Shown piece after piece: positions 18,686-27,407 of a stretch of 64,000 nucleotides of DNA. This DNA is from a bacterium (GTDB lineage: Bacteria > Zhuqueibacterota > Zhuqueibacteria > Residuimicrobiales > Residuimicrobiaceae), in assembly GCA_029565685.1 (NCBI GenBank), contig JAKQNR010000001.1:5710-69709 (forward strand), written 5' to 3'. Every line of letters starts with the position of its first letter. Within the stretch, counting starts at the first letter, position 1. Under the pieces are notes generated by a model, which was not told the origin of the DNA, searched no databases, and saw only the letters and a program-made list of their open reading frames with translations. The position numbers and the translations under genes were made by a program.

Positions 18686-18870
18686 TTACACACCCCCTGT
18701 TCACCCTCTCAAGAGGGGGGACTGCACTTTGATCACAAATTGAAATGTATAGATTTTGCATTCCCCTGTTCACCCTCTCAAGAGAGGGGACTGCACTCTG
18801 ATCACAAATTGAAATGTATAGATTTTGCATTCCCCTGTTCGCCCTCTCGAGAGGGGGGACTATACTCTAA
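18686..18870. repeat. Second locus of the same G/C-tract palindromic repeat family (about 2.7 tandem units of about 70 bp)
   Basis: cccctgttcaccctctcaagaggggggactgcactttgatcacaaattgaaatgtatagattttgcatt is repeated. It matches unit 3 of the 15.7-kb array. Confidence 0.85.
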
Positions 18871-19046
18871 CTATCAATAAAGATTGTATAATTTTTTACA
18901 CTATCGTCCCGTCAATTACAGAAGCCAACGCTCCTGCAGCGCACTCTAACGGCTGGTTGAGATCCGTTTTCACTCATTCCCTCCCGCACAAACCCACTAC
19001 GCTGTACCAGCCCCTGCCGATACACTCCGATCAATCCCGAGCTTTT

Positions 19047-19684
19047 CAACCCCGGGTGTCTGTCGACCCCGGGTGTCGCGGGCTTTACGGCCCCGGGTGT
19101 TGAATGTGTTTTCTAAAGCGACACCCGGTGTTGCCGCAAAGGGCGCGGCAACAACCGGGGTCTGAGATAACTCCAACCCCGTGTGTCGCGGTTTTTGCGA
19201 CCCCGGGTGTTATTCAACCCCGGGTGCCGTGGGCTTTACGGCCCCCGGTGTTGAATGTGTTTTCTAAAGCGACACCCGGTGTTGCCGCAAAAAACGCGGC
19301 AACAACCGGGGTCTGAGATAACTCCAACCCTGGGTGTCGCGGTCTTTGCGACCCCGGGCGTTATTCAACCCCGGGTGCCGTGGGCTTTACGGCCCCGGGT
19401 GTTGAATGTGTTTTCTAAAGCGACACCCGGTGTTGCCGCAAAGGGCGCGGCAACAACCGGGGTCTGAGATAATTCCAACCCCGGGTGTCGCGGTCTTTGC
19501 GACCCCGGGCGTTATTCAACCCCGGGTGCCGTGGGCTTTACGGCCCCCGGTGTTGAATGTGTTTTCTAAAGCGACACCCGGTGTTGCCGCAAAAAACGCG
19601 GCAACAACCGGGGTCTGACAAACGAAAAAACGCGGCAACAACCGGGGGCTGGCACAAAAAAACGCGGCAACTCCCGGGGTCTGG
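19047..19684. repeat. Tandem array of about 4.2 copies of a 151-bp unit. Each unit is built from about six CCCCGGGTGT / ACACCCGGGG sub-motifs plus a GC-rich hairpin (gttgccgc-N7-gcggcaac)
   Basis: Overlapping plus-strand ORFs at 19104, 19255 and 19406 give near-identical 70-aa products, which are translation artifacts of the repeat. The period is exactly 151 bp. The array begins at the upxY stop codon. Confidence 0.9.
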
Positions 19685-20200
19685 TCATTTCGGGTGATCC
19701 AGATCGAGCAAACTGTTCTCCGACGCATCGATGAGGATCGATTTGCCGATGGCCTCGATGTGAATCATGAAATAGCTGCTGCCGCGGTGTTCCGCCAGCA
19801 CGCCCTCCAGTCCGGCGAGCGGACCGCTGGTGATGCGCACGCGGCTGCCGGGCGGAATGCCGTCCACCACCTGCAGTTTCTGCGGCGCTGCCAGCACCCG
19901 CTTCACCGCATCGATCTCCTGTTCGTGCACCGGCGTGGGTTTGTTGTTAAAGGAAACGATGCGCGCCACGCTCGGCGCCCGCAGCACGTCAAAGCGTCGA
20001 GCATAGGGGATGCGGGAAAAAATATAGCAGGAGAACAGCGGCGCTTCCACCCAACGGCGCCGGTCCTTCCACTGATGCAGCGAACGCTGCAGAGGCAGAA
20101 AGGATTCGATGCCGGTCAGATCGAGATACTGTTTAACCTTTTTCTCATGTCGCGGCCGCGTGACGAACGCGTACCACAGAGGTTCCTGTTCGAGGCTCAT
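19685..20200 (-). CDS. UpxY-family transcription antiterminator (NusG paralog, NGN + KOW)
   Basis: 171 aa. It has the NGN motif WYAFVTRPRHEKKVKQYL and the KOW GSRVRITSGPLAGLEGVL. Its ATG overlaps the wzc TGA stop (ATGA). Confidence 0.8.
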   Translation of the reverse strand: MSLEQEPLWYAFVTRPRHEKKVKQYLDLTGIESFLPLQRSLHQWKDRRRWVEAPLFSCYIFSRIPYARRFDVLRAPSVARIVSFNNKPTPVHEQEIDAVKRVLAAPQKLQVVDGIPPGSRVRITSGPLAGLEGVLAEHRGSSYFMIHIEAIGKSILIDASENSLLDLDHPK

Positions 20201-22614
20201 AGCTCCGTTCTGCTGCTTTCCCTGGTCGTCACTCTGCCCGGCGCGGTAACCCGCTTGGGCTTTTTCTTTTCCGCCTCCGCGCCGTAATAGTACTGGTGAT
20301 AGTAATAATAGTAATAAGAGCCGTAGACGTCGGCCGCCTTGATGCTGTTCAGCACTGCGCCCATGACCGGCGCGTTCACTTTTTTCAATTGATCAAAAGC
20401 CCGCGCCACCGCCTCTTTCTCGGTTACGCCGGAGCGGATCACCAGCAGCACGCCGTCCACCAGCGAAGCCAGAATAGAAGCATCGGTCACCGCGATGGTG
20501 GGCGGCGTATCGATCAGCACGATGCTGTAGCGGGTTTTAACGTATTCCAGCAGCTCGCGCATTTTTTGCGCAGCCAACAGCTCCGCCGGATTGGGCGGCA
20601 GAATGCCGCAGCTGAGCAACTCCAGATGCGGCAGATCGTCCATCACTTTCACCGACTCTTCCAGAGTGCTGCGGCCCACTAGAATATTGGTCAATCCGGT
20701 CTTGCGGTCCAGACCGAATAATTTGTGCAGAATCGGCCGGCGCAGATCCGCGTCGATGAGCAGCGTCCGGTTGCCCATCTGAGCAAAGGTGATGGCCAGG
20801 TTGGCCACAGTAGTGGATTTACCCTCCTTGGGACCGCTGCTGGTGACCATGAGCACTTTTTTCGGCCGCTCGGGAGTGGAAAACAGAATGTTAGTGCGCA
20901 GCGTGCGATAGGCTTCAGAGATGGGCGATTTGGGCTTGAGATGGACCACCAGCCGTTCGTTGATGGCCTTGACCTCTGGATCAGAACCGCCGTTGCGCAG
21001 CCAGGGGAGCATGCTGTTGATCTGCTCCGGCTTGATGAACGGAATGGTGGCCATGATGGAAAGCGAAAGCTTTTCCACATCCTCCATGGTGCGCACCGAG
21101 CTGTCCATATACTCGAGCACAAAGGCGATGCCGATGCCCAATCCCAGACCTACCAGCAAACCCAACAGCACGTTTAATTTCTTTTTCGGCTTGATAGGGT
21201 ATTTCGGCGGTTTGGCGGAATCAATGATGCGCACGTTGCCCAGCTGTCCTACTTCGGTGATGCGCGATTCCTGATATTTTTCCTGCAGCATGATGTAGAT
21301 CTTTTCATCCACCTGAGCGGAGCGCAGCAGCCGCGCCAGGGTCAGGCTTTTTTCCGGCAGCGACTCCAGCTCACGGTTGTAGCGGTCGACGATGGCCTTG
21401 AGCGCATCGACCTTGGGACGCAATGACTGGATCTCGGTCTCGGCCTCGATCTTGCTGGCAAACAATGTTCCGGACAGCTGCGCAGGATCGACGAAATCCG
21501 CAGCCGCGGCCTTGCCCGCTTCGAGGCGGAATTTGTCTTTCAGCGCCTGCACCTGAGCGCGCAGTTGCTGAACGTTGCTGTTGGTCTCTTCCTCCAGGCC
21601 CAGATCCACCAACTGGGCGCGGTACTTGGCCAGCTCCGCCTCTTTTTCCGCCATCTGTTTTTTCAATTCGCTCAGATAGGGCTGCGAGGAGATGGTCTCC
21701 ATATCGATGTTGACGTTGCGCTCGGTCAGCTGCTTGTTCACATAGGCGAGCCGCTGTTTGTTGGCCTCCCACTCGGTGACCGCCTCGTTGTACATGGTTT
21801 CGAACTCGGCCACCTTGCGCACCAGCTCTTCGGTCTCCTTGTCCAGGGCTACCACCTTGGCGCGCTCTTTATAGTTCTTCAGCGATTCCTCCGAATGGGC
21901 CAGCTCGACGCGCAGCTTTTCCAGCTGTTCTTCGAGGAAATTTTTCACCTGGCGCACCTCAGCCTGGCTCTGCGCCTGATTCATGGATTTGTAGGCCTCG
22001 GCCACCTCGTTGGTCAGATAGGCCGCCTCGAACGGCGAAAACGCGCTCACCTTGATTTCGATCATGTCGGTGTTGCGAATAGGGGTGACGCTGATGGATT
22101 TACGCAGATGTTCGGTAAAGGCTTCGTTGCGGGACTGTTCGGTTTCGTCCGCAGTTCCGCCGTTGCCGCCAAAAATTTTACGCCAAAAAGAGCGATGGCG
22201 GTGACTGCCAGGAGGTTCGTTGCCAAGGATGCGCAGCCGGGTGGAATAATCTGACCGCTTGAGATTATTGATGACAATCTCGGCCAGGGTGCGGCTCTTG
22301 AGAATCTCGACCTGATTGTTGATCATGGTCTCTTTTTTAATCATACTGGTGAAATCGAACAGGGATTCACCCATACCCCCTTTTTGCTCGACCATGATTT
22401 TGGCCGCTGCCTCATAGACCGGTTCGGTGGTAAAAGTGTACAACAGGGTGGCGCTAAGGACGGTGATAAAGGAGAGCAGAATAAGATAGCGACCCTTGTA
22501 GAGCACACGCAAATAGTCGCGAAAAGTCAGTTGCCGGTCGCGGACAGGGAGATGCAGCCCGTGCAGAGAACCGTTGCCGCCGTTGTTGCCAGAGCCGGGA
22601 GAAGGAATCATCAT
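20197..22614 (-). CDS. wzc: Polysaccharide co-polymerase / tyrosine autokinase (Wzc/GumC-like, fused PCP-2a)
   Basis: 805 aa. It has two TM segments flanking a long coiled-coil periplasmic domain, a Walker A (SSGPKEGKSTTVANLAITFAQ...LLIDADLRRP) and a C-terminal tyrosine cluster YGSYYYYYYHQYYYG. Confidence 0.9.
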   Translation of the reverse strand: MMIPSPGSGNNGGNGSLHGLHLPVRDRQLTFRDYLRVLYKGRYLILLSFITVLSATLLYTFTTEPVYEAAAKIMVEQKGGMGESLFDFTSMIKKETMINNQVEILKSRTLAEIVINNLKRSDYSTRLRILGNEPPGSHRHRSFWRKIFGGNGGTADETEQSRNEAFTEHLRKSISVTPIRNTDMIEIKVSAFSPFEAAYLTNEVAEAYKSMNQAQSQAEVRQVKNFLEEQLEKLRVELAHSEESLKNYKERAKVVALDKETEELVRKVAEFETMYNEAVTEWEANKQRLAYVNKQLTERNVNIDMETISSQPYLSELKKQMAEKEAELAKYRAQLVDLGLEEETNSNVQQLRAQVQALKDKFRLEAGKAAAADFVDPAQLSGTLFASKIEAETEIQSLRPKVDALKAIVDRYNRELESLPEKSLTLARLLRSAQVDEKIYIMLQEKYQESRITEVGQLGNVRIIDSAKPPKYPIKPKKKLNVLLGLLVGLGLGIGIAFVLEYMDSSVRTMEDVEKLSLSIMATIPFIKPEQINSMLPWLRNGGSDPEVKAINERLVVHLKPKSPISEAYRTLRTNILFSTPERPKKVLMVTSSGPKEGKSTTVANLAITFAQMGNRTLLIDADLRRPILHKLFGLDRKTGLTNILVGRSTLEESVKVMDDLPHLELLSCGILPPNPAELLAAQKMRELLEYVKTRYSIVLIDTPPTIAVTDASILASLVDGVLLVIRSGVTEKEAVARAFDQLKKVNAPVMGAVLNSIKAADVYGSYYYYYYHQYYYGAEAEKKKPKRVTAPGRVTTRESSRTEL

Positions 22615-22639
22615 ATCGGTTTCCGATTGCGCTAAAGAA

Positions 22640-23191
22640 CTAACGATTTTCTGTATAATACTCGACCAGCGCCCAGACCTGGATCAAAGCGGCGATCCGG
22701 ACGGCAAACTCGAAGAATTTGCTGACAAAGTAGTAGCGGGTGCCGGAGACCACCACCGTGTCGCCGGGTTTGAGCACTGGGATCTCGGCGGCCCTGCCGG
22801 ATTCGAGAAATTTCTTCACATCCACGGTGATAACCTGGTCCGGCTGTTGATGGACGTTTTTCGCTGGTCGTACGACTTTGATGCTTTTGATTTTGGCTTC
22901 TTCCCTGGGGCCGCCGGCATAGGAGAGCAGAGAGATCAGATCGGTATCGTAGGGAACCATATATTGTCCGGGCTTGTTGACAAAGCCCCAAATGTTTACC
23001 GCCATCAGCACCTGATCCTGGCTGCCGAGGAAATACTGGGCAGCGCGATTCTGGTCTGCGGCGCCGCTGGGGGTTTGTCCGGCCGCCCACACCGGGAGCA
23101 AAAGTCCGGCGATCAGACCGATCAGTTTCAGTGCGAAGGTGTTGGTCATCGAATGCCTTTCCAGGAAGATGCCTTTAATACCATTCATCAC
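22640..23191 (-). CDS. Polysaccharide export protein (short Wza-like, Poly_export/SLBB)
   Basis: 183 aa with an N-terminal lipoprotein-like signal. It has the Poly_export core (PGQYMVPYDTDLISLLSYAGG) and an SLBB-like segment (VLKPGDTVVV). Confidence 0.7.
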   Translation of the reverse strand: MMNGIKGIFLERHSMTNTFALKLIGLIAGLLLPVWAAGQTPSGAADQNRAAQYFLGSQDQVLMAVNIWGFVNKPGQYMVPYDTDLISLLSYAGGPREEAKIKSIKVVRPAKNVHQQPDQVITVDVKKFLESGRAAEIPVLKPGDTVVVSGTRYYFVSKFFEFAVRIAALIQVWALVEYYTENR

Positions 23192-23239
23192 GATCAGCAG
23201 CCGGCGCCCGCTTCTTGAAGCATGGACCGGGGCGGAGGA

Positions 23240-23881
23240 TCAGCGTAAATCCACGGTCTCAAAGCCTTCCGGCACGGTCAGGACAAAATCCTGATCGTTC
23301 AGAGCGGGTTTGAGATTCAGCGACGTCACTTCATAGATGGAATCATTGCCGTTCACGTCCACCAGCTTGATTCGGCTCATGATCAGCGTGCTTTTATTCA
23401 CCCACAGGTCGAGCGTGCGTTCGAATTCGTCTTCGGAGAGCGCGGTCAGCAACAGATGATAATGCGGCGTTCCCTGAACGGTCTCTTCACCTGCCAAGAC
23501 GGCGCGATAGCTCTTGAAATATTTTTCGATGAACGTGCTGAGAAACGGATTGTTCTCCTTGCCGTTGGCGGCGTGATCGATCATCACCTGGCGGTTGGCC
23601 TGGCTCAGAGTCCACAGCGTGACGCCGTCGGTGACGATGGTCTGATCCTGCAGCTCGATGCGGAACTGAACGCCGTTTTGCGTGCACAGGGAACCCCTGG
23701 TGACCTGAGTTTCACCGGCCATTTTCCAGTGAAAGGTCTGTTCAAATTCGGCGCAGACCTGTTTCAGGCTCTGATATTTTTGTTTGACCTTGGCGAGGAT
23801 CGCCTCGGCGTTCTGAGCTCGCAGCGGCATGGCCGTTGCGGCGAGGAGCAGGGTCAAACAGATAAAAAAGCATTTTTTCAT
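23240..23881 (-). CDS. lolA: Outer-membrane lipoprotein carrier protein LolA
   Basis: 213 aa with a signal peptide. The LolA-family N-terminal region (AEAILAKVKQKYQSLKQVCAEFEQ) and the conserved ftsK-lolA synteny support the call. Confidence 0.8.
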   Translation of the reverse strand: MKKCFFICLTLLLAATAMPLRAQNAEAILAKVKQKYQSLKQVCAEFEQTFHWKMAGETQVTRGSLCTQNGVQFRIELQDQTIVTDGVTLWTLSQANRQVMIDHAANGKENNPFLSTFIEKYFKSYRAVLAGEETVQGTPHYHLLLTALSEDEFERTLDLWVNKSTLIMSRIKLVDVNGNDSIYEVTSLNLKPALNDQDFVLTVPEGFETVDLR

Positions 23882-23915
23882 TTTTACTACCTATCTAATT
23901 CCTTTCACGGGTCCT

Positions 23916-23977
23916 GTTCGTCGCTGGATCCCTCGGCGCCCCATATCTGCGAATAGACGTCGCACCACATGGTTTTG
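23916..23977. repeat. 62-bp direct repeat, copy 1 (ftsK-lolA intergenic)
   Basis: GTTCGTCGCTGGATCCCTCGGCGCCC-ATATCTGCGAA-AGACG-CGCACCACATGGTTTTG matches copy 2 in 58 of 62 positions. Confidence 0.8.
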
Positions 23978-23980
23978 CGC

Positions 23981-24015
23981 CTCGGGATGACAACATTACA
24001 GTTTGTCATTCCGAG
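23981..24015. promoter_or_regulatory. 13-bp inverted repeat with a 9-nt spacer (CTCGGGATGACAA-cattacagt-TTGTCATTCCGAG). It is a candidate operator or RNA hairpin
   Basis: The two arms pair at 12 of 13 positions and lie between the two 62-bp direct repeats. Confidence 0.35.
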
Positions 24016-24104
24016 CCCGCAACGCGTCAGCCTTACGTGTGCTTTGTGTCAGCGCAGGGCGAGGAATCTAGCGTCGCACAAAATCCCACTCTTTCGCATT
24101 TTCG

Positions 24105-24166
24105 GTTCGTCGCTGGATCCCTCGGCGCCCAATATCTGCGAACAGACGCCGCACCACATGGTTTTG
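24105..24166. repeat. 62-bp direct repeat, copy 2
   Basis: See copy 1. This copy lies 189 bp downstream of it. Confidence 0.8.
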
Positions 24167-24179
24167 TGTCCTTGGCTGC

Positions 24180-26567
24180 CTAGCCCTCTTCCTCTTCTTC
24201 CCCATGGTTCAGGGCTTCGAGATCTTCCGGCGTCATCAGCACCTCGCGGGCTTTGCTGCCTTCAAAGGGCCCCACCACGCCGGCCTGCTCCAGCTCATCG
24301 ATCAAGCGCGCGGCGCGCGAATACCCCACCTTGAGCCGGCGCTGCAGAATGGACACCGAACCCTGTCCGGTGCGCACGACGATGCTCATGGCCTCATCGA
24401 ACAGCGCATCCCGCTTGCCCGGTCCCAGGCCCTCGCGCGCCAGGCCTTCCTCCTCTTCCTCCTGGAACGCCGGCAGCGGGGATTTGGGATACATGGGCTG
24501 CTTGTTGATGTGGCTGATGATCTGCTCGATTTCGGTCAAACTGATATAGCCGTTGTGAATGCGAATGGGCTCCGGACTGCCGGGCGGCAGAAACAGCATA
24601 TCGCCGCGGCCCAGCAGCTTTTCCGCGCCGTTCATATCCAGAATCGTGCGCGAATCGACCTTGGTCGCCACCTGGAACGCCATGCGCGCCGGAAAATTGG
24701 CTTTGATCACGCCGGTGATCACGTCCACTGAAGGCCGTTGGGTGGCTACTATTAGATGAATACCGACAGCACGGGACATTTGCGTAAGCCGGGCGATGGG
24801 TTCTTCCACGTCGTTGTGCGCGCTGCTGGTCATCATCAGGTCCGCGAGTTCATCGATGATCAGCACCAGATAGCTCAACGGAGCAGCCGGACCATCGTCC
24901 TCTTTGATGCGGCCTTCCGCCGCTCGCTGATTATATTCTTCGATGTTGCGCACCGCTGCGCCGGCCAGCACCTCATAGCGCCGTTCCATCTCCTGCTCCA
25001 CCGCCTTGAGCGTGGCGATGGCGGACTTGGGCGTAGTGGCCACCTTTTCCTTCAACCCTTCCACATGGGCCAGATGATGACGATACAGCTGTGAGTAAGT
25101 GGACAGCTCAAGTCGTTTGGGGTCGATCAGGATCATCTGCAGTTCAGAGGGATGGGCTTTGTACAAAAAGCTGGTGATGATGGTGTTGAGACACACGCTC
25201 TTGCCCGAGCCGGTGGAGCCGGCGATGAGCAGATGCGGCATCGTGGTCAGATCGGCCACGAACGGCGCGCCGGAAATGGTCTTGCCCAGGCCGATGGTCA
25301 GCGGTGATTTGGCCTGCTGGAACTGCGGGGTGGCCAGGGTCTCGCGCAGGTACACCATGCTCGGCGTCGGATTGGGCAGTTCGATGCCCACGGCCGCTTT
25401 GCCGGGAATAGGCGCCAAAATACGTACGCGCTTGGCCCGCATGGCCATAGCCAGGTCGTCGGCCAGCGAGGTGATCTTGGAAACTTTGATGCCCGGCGCC
25501 AACTCCAGTTCATACCGAGTGATCACCGGGCCTGGATGGATCTCGATCACCTTGGCTTGAATGTCGAAATCAGCGAGCTTGTCCTCGAGCATGTGAGCGT
25601 TGGCGTGCAGCTCCTGCTCGCTCACGGTGATCTGCGGGCCTTCCGGCCACTGTAAAAGCTCCAACGGCGGAAAAACATATTCGCTCTTGTCCGTAGACAC
25701 AGGAACCGGCGCCAGTTTTTCGACCTCTTTTTCCTCCGCCTCCTCTTCCTCCCTGTCCTCGCGGACCGTCCATTGCGGTTTGGGCTTGACCGTAGGCGCC
25801 ATGGGTCTGGGCCGGGCGATGACCGGCGGCCGCCACTCCTCTGCGCTTCCTTCGTCGTCTTCCCCTGTTTCAGTCAAAACCAGCTGTCTGCGCTCGCTCT
25901 CGGCGGATTTGGCGTTGGGCATCAGGCGCGGGGTCGGCTTGCGTCGGCCGAAGAGATGGCGCAGGGCCGCAAGGGTGCGTATGTAGATTCTGGAAAACAA
26001 TGCAGACACGGCGTTGGCGACGGCGGAAAAGCTGATGGAGGTAAAAACCATCACCGTGACCACGATCAGGCCGATGGTCAGGACAATGGCGCCGATTTTA
26101 CCCAGAAGCTTGGCCAACAGACCGGCGCAGACGACGCCCAACAGGCCGGAGAATTGATAAGGCGGCGGCGCGTTTTCAGAAACGATCATACTGTAAATGG
26201 CGCCGCTGAGCGCCACATAAAAGGCGATCAATAAGATGAAAATGGTCCAGCGTCGCAGCCCCGAGGTCTCCTTACCCAAAAGCCGGCAGACGCCCCAGGC
26301 CACGATCAGCAGCGGCATGACCACAATGGGATAGCCGATGGTCAAATGAATCAGATACCAGGAAAGCCAGACGCCGACCAGACCGAGGCTGTTGTGCACC
26401 ATGCCGGGCCGCGCCTCTTTGGGCAGGTCATCGGGATGATAGGTGACAAACGCAATGGTCAGCATGACGCCGAGAAGAATCAGCAGAACGCCCATGAGCT
26501 CATCCAGCTTGCGCTGACTGAGTTGATCCTTGCTGGCCGCTTTGGTTTTCGCTGGTTTCTTTGCCAT
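24180..26567 (-). CDS. ftsK: DNA translocase FtsK
   Basis: 795 aa. It has an N-terminal 4-TM domain, a Pro/Glu-rich linker, a motor domain with Walker A (GSTGSGKSVCLN) and a C-terminal gamma winged-helix domain. Confidence 0.95.
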   Translation of the reverse strand: MAKKPAKTKAASKDQLSQRKLDELMGVLLILLGVMLTIAFVTYHPDDLPKEARPGMVHNSLGLVGVWLSWYLIHLTIGYPIVVMPLLIVAWGVCRLLGKETSGLRRWTIFILLIAFYVALSGAIYSMIVSENAPPPYQFSGLLGVVCAGLLAKLLGKIGAIVLTIGLIVVTVMVFTSISFSAVANAVSALFSRIYIRTLAALRHLFGRRKPTPRLMPNAKSAESERRQLVLTETGEDDEGSAEEWRPPVIARPRPMAPTVKPKPQWTVREDREEEEAEEKEVEKLAPVPVSTDKSEYVFPPLELLQWPEGPQITVSEQELHANAHMLEDKLADFDIQAKVIEIHPGPVITRYELELAPGIKVSKITSLADDLAMAMRAKRVRILAPIPGKAAVGIELPNPTPSMVYLRETLATPQFQQAKSPLTIGLGKTISGAPFVADLTTMPHLLIAGSTGSGKSVCLNTIITSFLYKAHPSELQMILIDPKRLELSTYSQLYRHHLAHVEGLKEKVATTPKSAIATLKAVEQEMERRYEVLAGAAVRNIEEYNQRAAEGRIKEDDGPAAPLSYLVLIIDELADLMMTSSAHNDVEEPIARLTQMSRAVGIHLIVATQRPSVDVITGVIKANFPARMAFQVATKVDSRTILDMNGAEKLLGRGDMLFLPPGSPEPIRIHNGYISLTEIEQIISHINKQPMYPKSPLPAFQEEEEEGLAREGLGPGKRDALFDEAMSIVVRTGQGSVSILQRRLKVGYSRAARLIDELEQAGVVGPFEGSKAREVLMTPEDLEALNHGEEEEEG

Positions 26568-26660
26568 ATGGGTTCGTTAATAGCGGAACGGGTTGGTGGA
26601 ATGTACCGAATCATCGAGGGCCGGCGTTCTGGTCCTCAACAAAAGGATGAACAGGGCGAT

Positions 26661-27389
26661 TCATCTCGGCGCCAGCCGGATGGCGCCGTCGACGTAAACC
26701 GGAAGCACATCGAGCGAATTGAGCCGTGAACAGATTTCGAGATCATCCGCATAGCCGATCTTCTGCAAGTGTTCCCCGTGTGGGCTGGCGATCATCATCG
26801 CCAGCAGGTCGATTTTATGATCGCGGGCGACAGCCGCTGCTCCCCGGGCCTGTTCCGTCAACTGCACTTTGTCTTTCAAAAGTTCCTGCAGCCGTTCCAC
26901 CAGCAGACCGGCGCAGACGGTGTCTTCCAACGATTCTTCCCCGTCCTGGCCGGCACAGATGATCACCACATCCTGATCAACGGTGCGCAGAAAAGAGATC
27001 ACGCTGTGCAAATTCAAAAACGACAACACCAAAGTGCGCTGTGCACCCTGAGCCCAGAGCAGCGCCCGCGTGCCGTTGGTCGTGGTCAGGATGATGATCT
27101 TGCCCGCCACTACATCGGGCTGAAACTCTTTGGGTGAATTGCCCAGATCAAAACCGTCGATCTGACGGCCGTGGCGCTCGCCGGCAAACAATACCAGCGG
27201 CCGTGGGTAAATGGCGGCTGCATCATAAGCATCGGCCACCTCTGCCACTGGAATGATTTCCCGGCAGCCATTGGCCAGCGCTGTGCAAATGGTGCTGGCC
27301 GCGCGCAGGACATCGATGACCACAGCGATGCTGTCCTCTAGGCGCGGCTGATACGCGGAAGAGGGATCTCTGACAACATCGATTTTCAT
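26661..27389 (-). CDS. 2-phosphosulfolactate phosphatase family protein (ComB-like)
   Basis: 242 aa with the motifs VIDVLRAASTI and ILTTTNGTRAL. Confidence 0.75.
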   Translation of the reverse strand: MKIDVVRDPSSAYQPRLEDSIAVVIDVLRAASTICTALANGCREIIPVAEVADAYDAAAIYPRPLVLFAGERHGRQIDGFDLGNSPKEFQPDVVAGKIIILTTTNGTRALLWAQGAQRTLVLSFLNLHSVISFLRTVDQDVVIICAGQDGEESLEDTVCAGLLVERLQELLKDKVQLTEQARGAAAVARDHKIDLLAMMIASPHGEHLQKIGYADDLEICSRLNSLDVLPVYVDGAIRLAPR

Positions 27390-27407
27390 AAAGCGACCTT
27401 GGTTGTC

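Noticed and set aside
19104-19618. Three overlapping plus-strand ORFs encoding near-identical 70-aa proteins (MCFLKRHPVLPQ...)
   Set aside because: They are generated by reading through the 151-bp tandem repeat. The arrangement is mutually overlapping, and there is no RBS and no independent evidence of coding
22632-23090. An alternative-frame ORF inside the short wza-like gene. The same applies to 17971..18330 inside the dehydrogenase gene
   Set aside because: These are overlapping out-of-frame ORFs within well-supported genes
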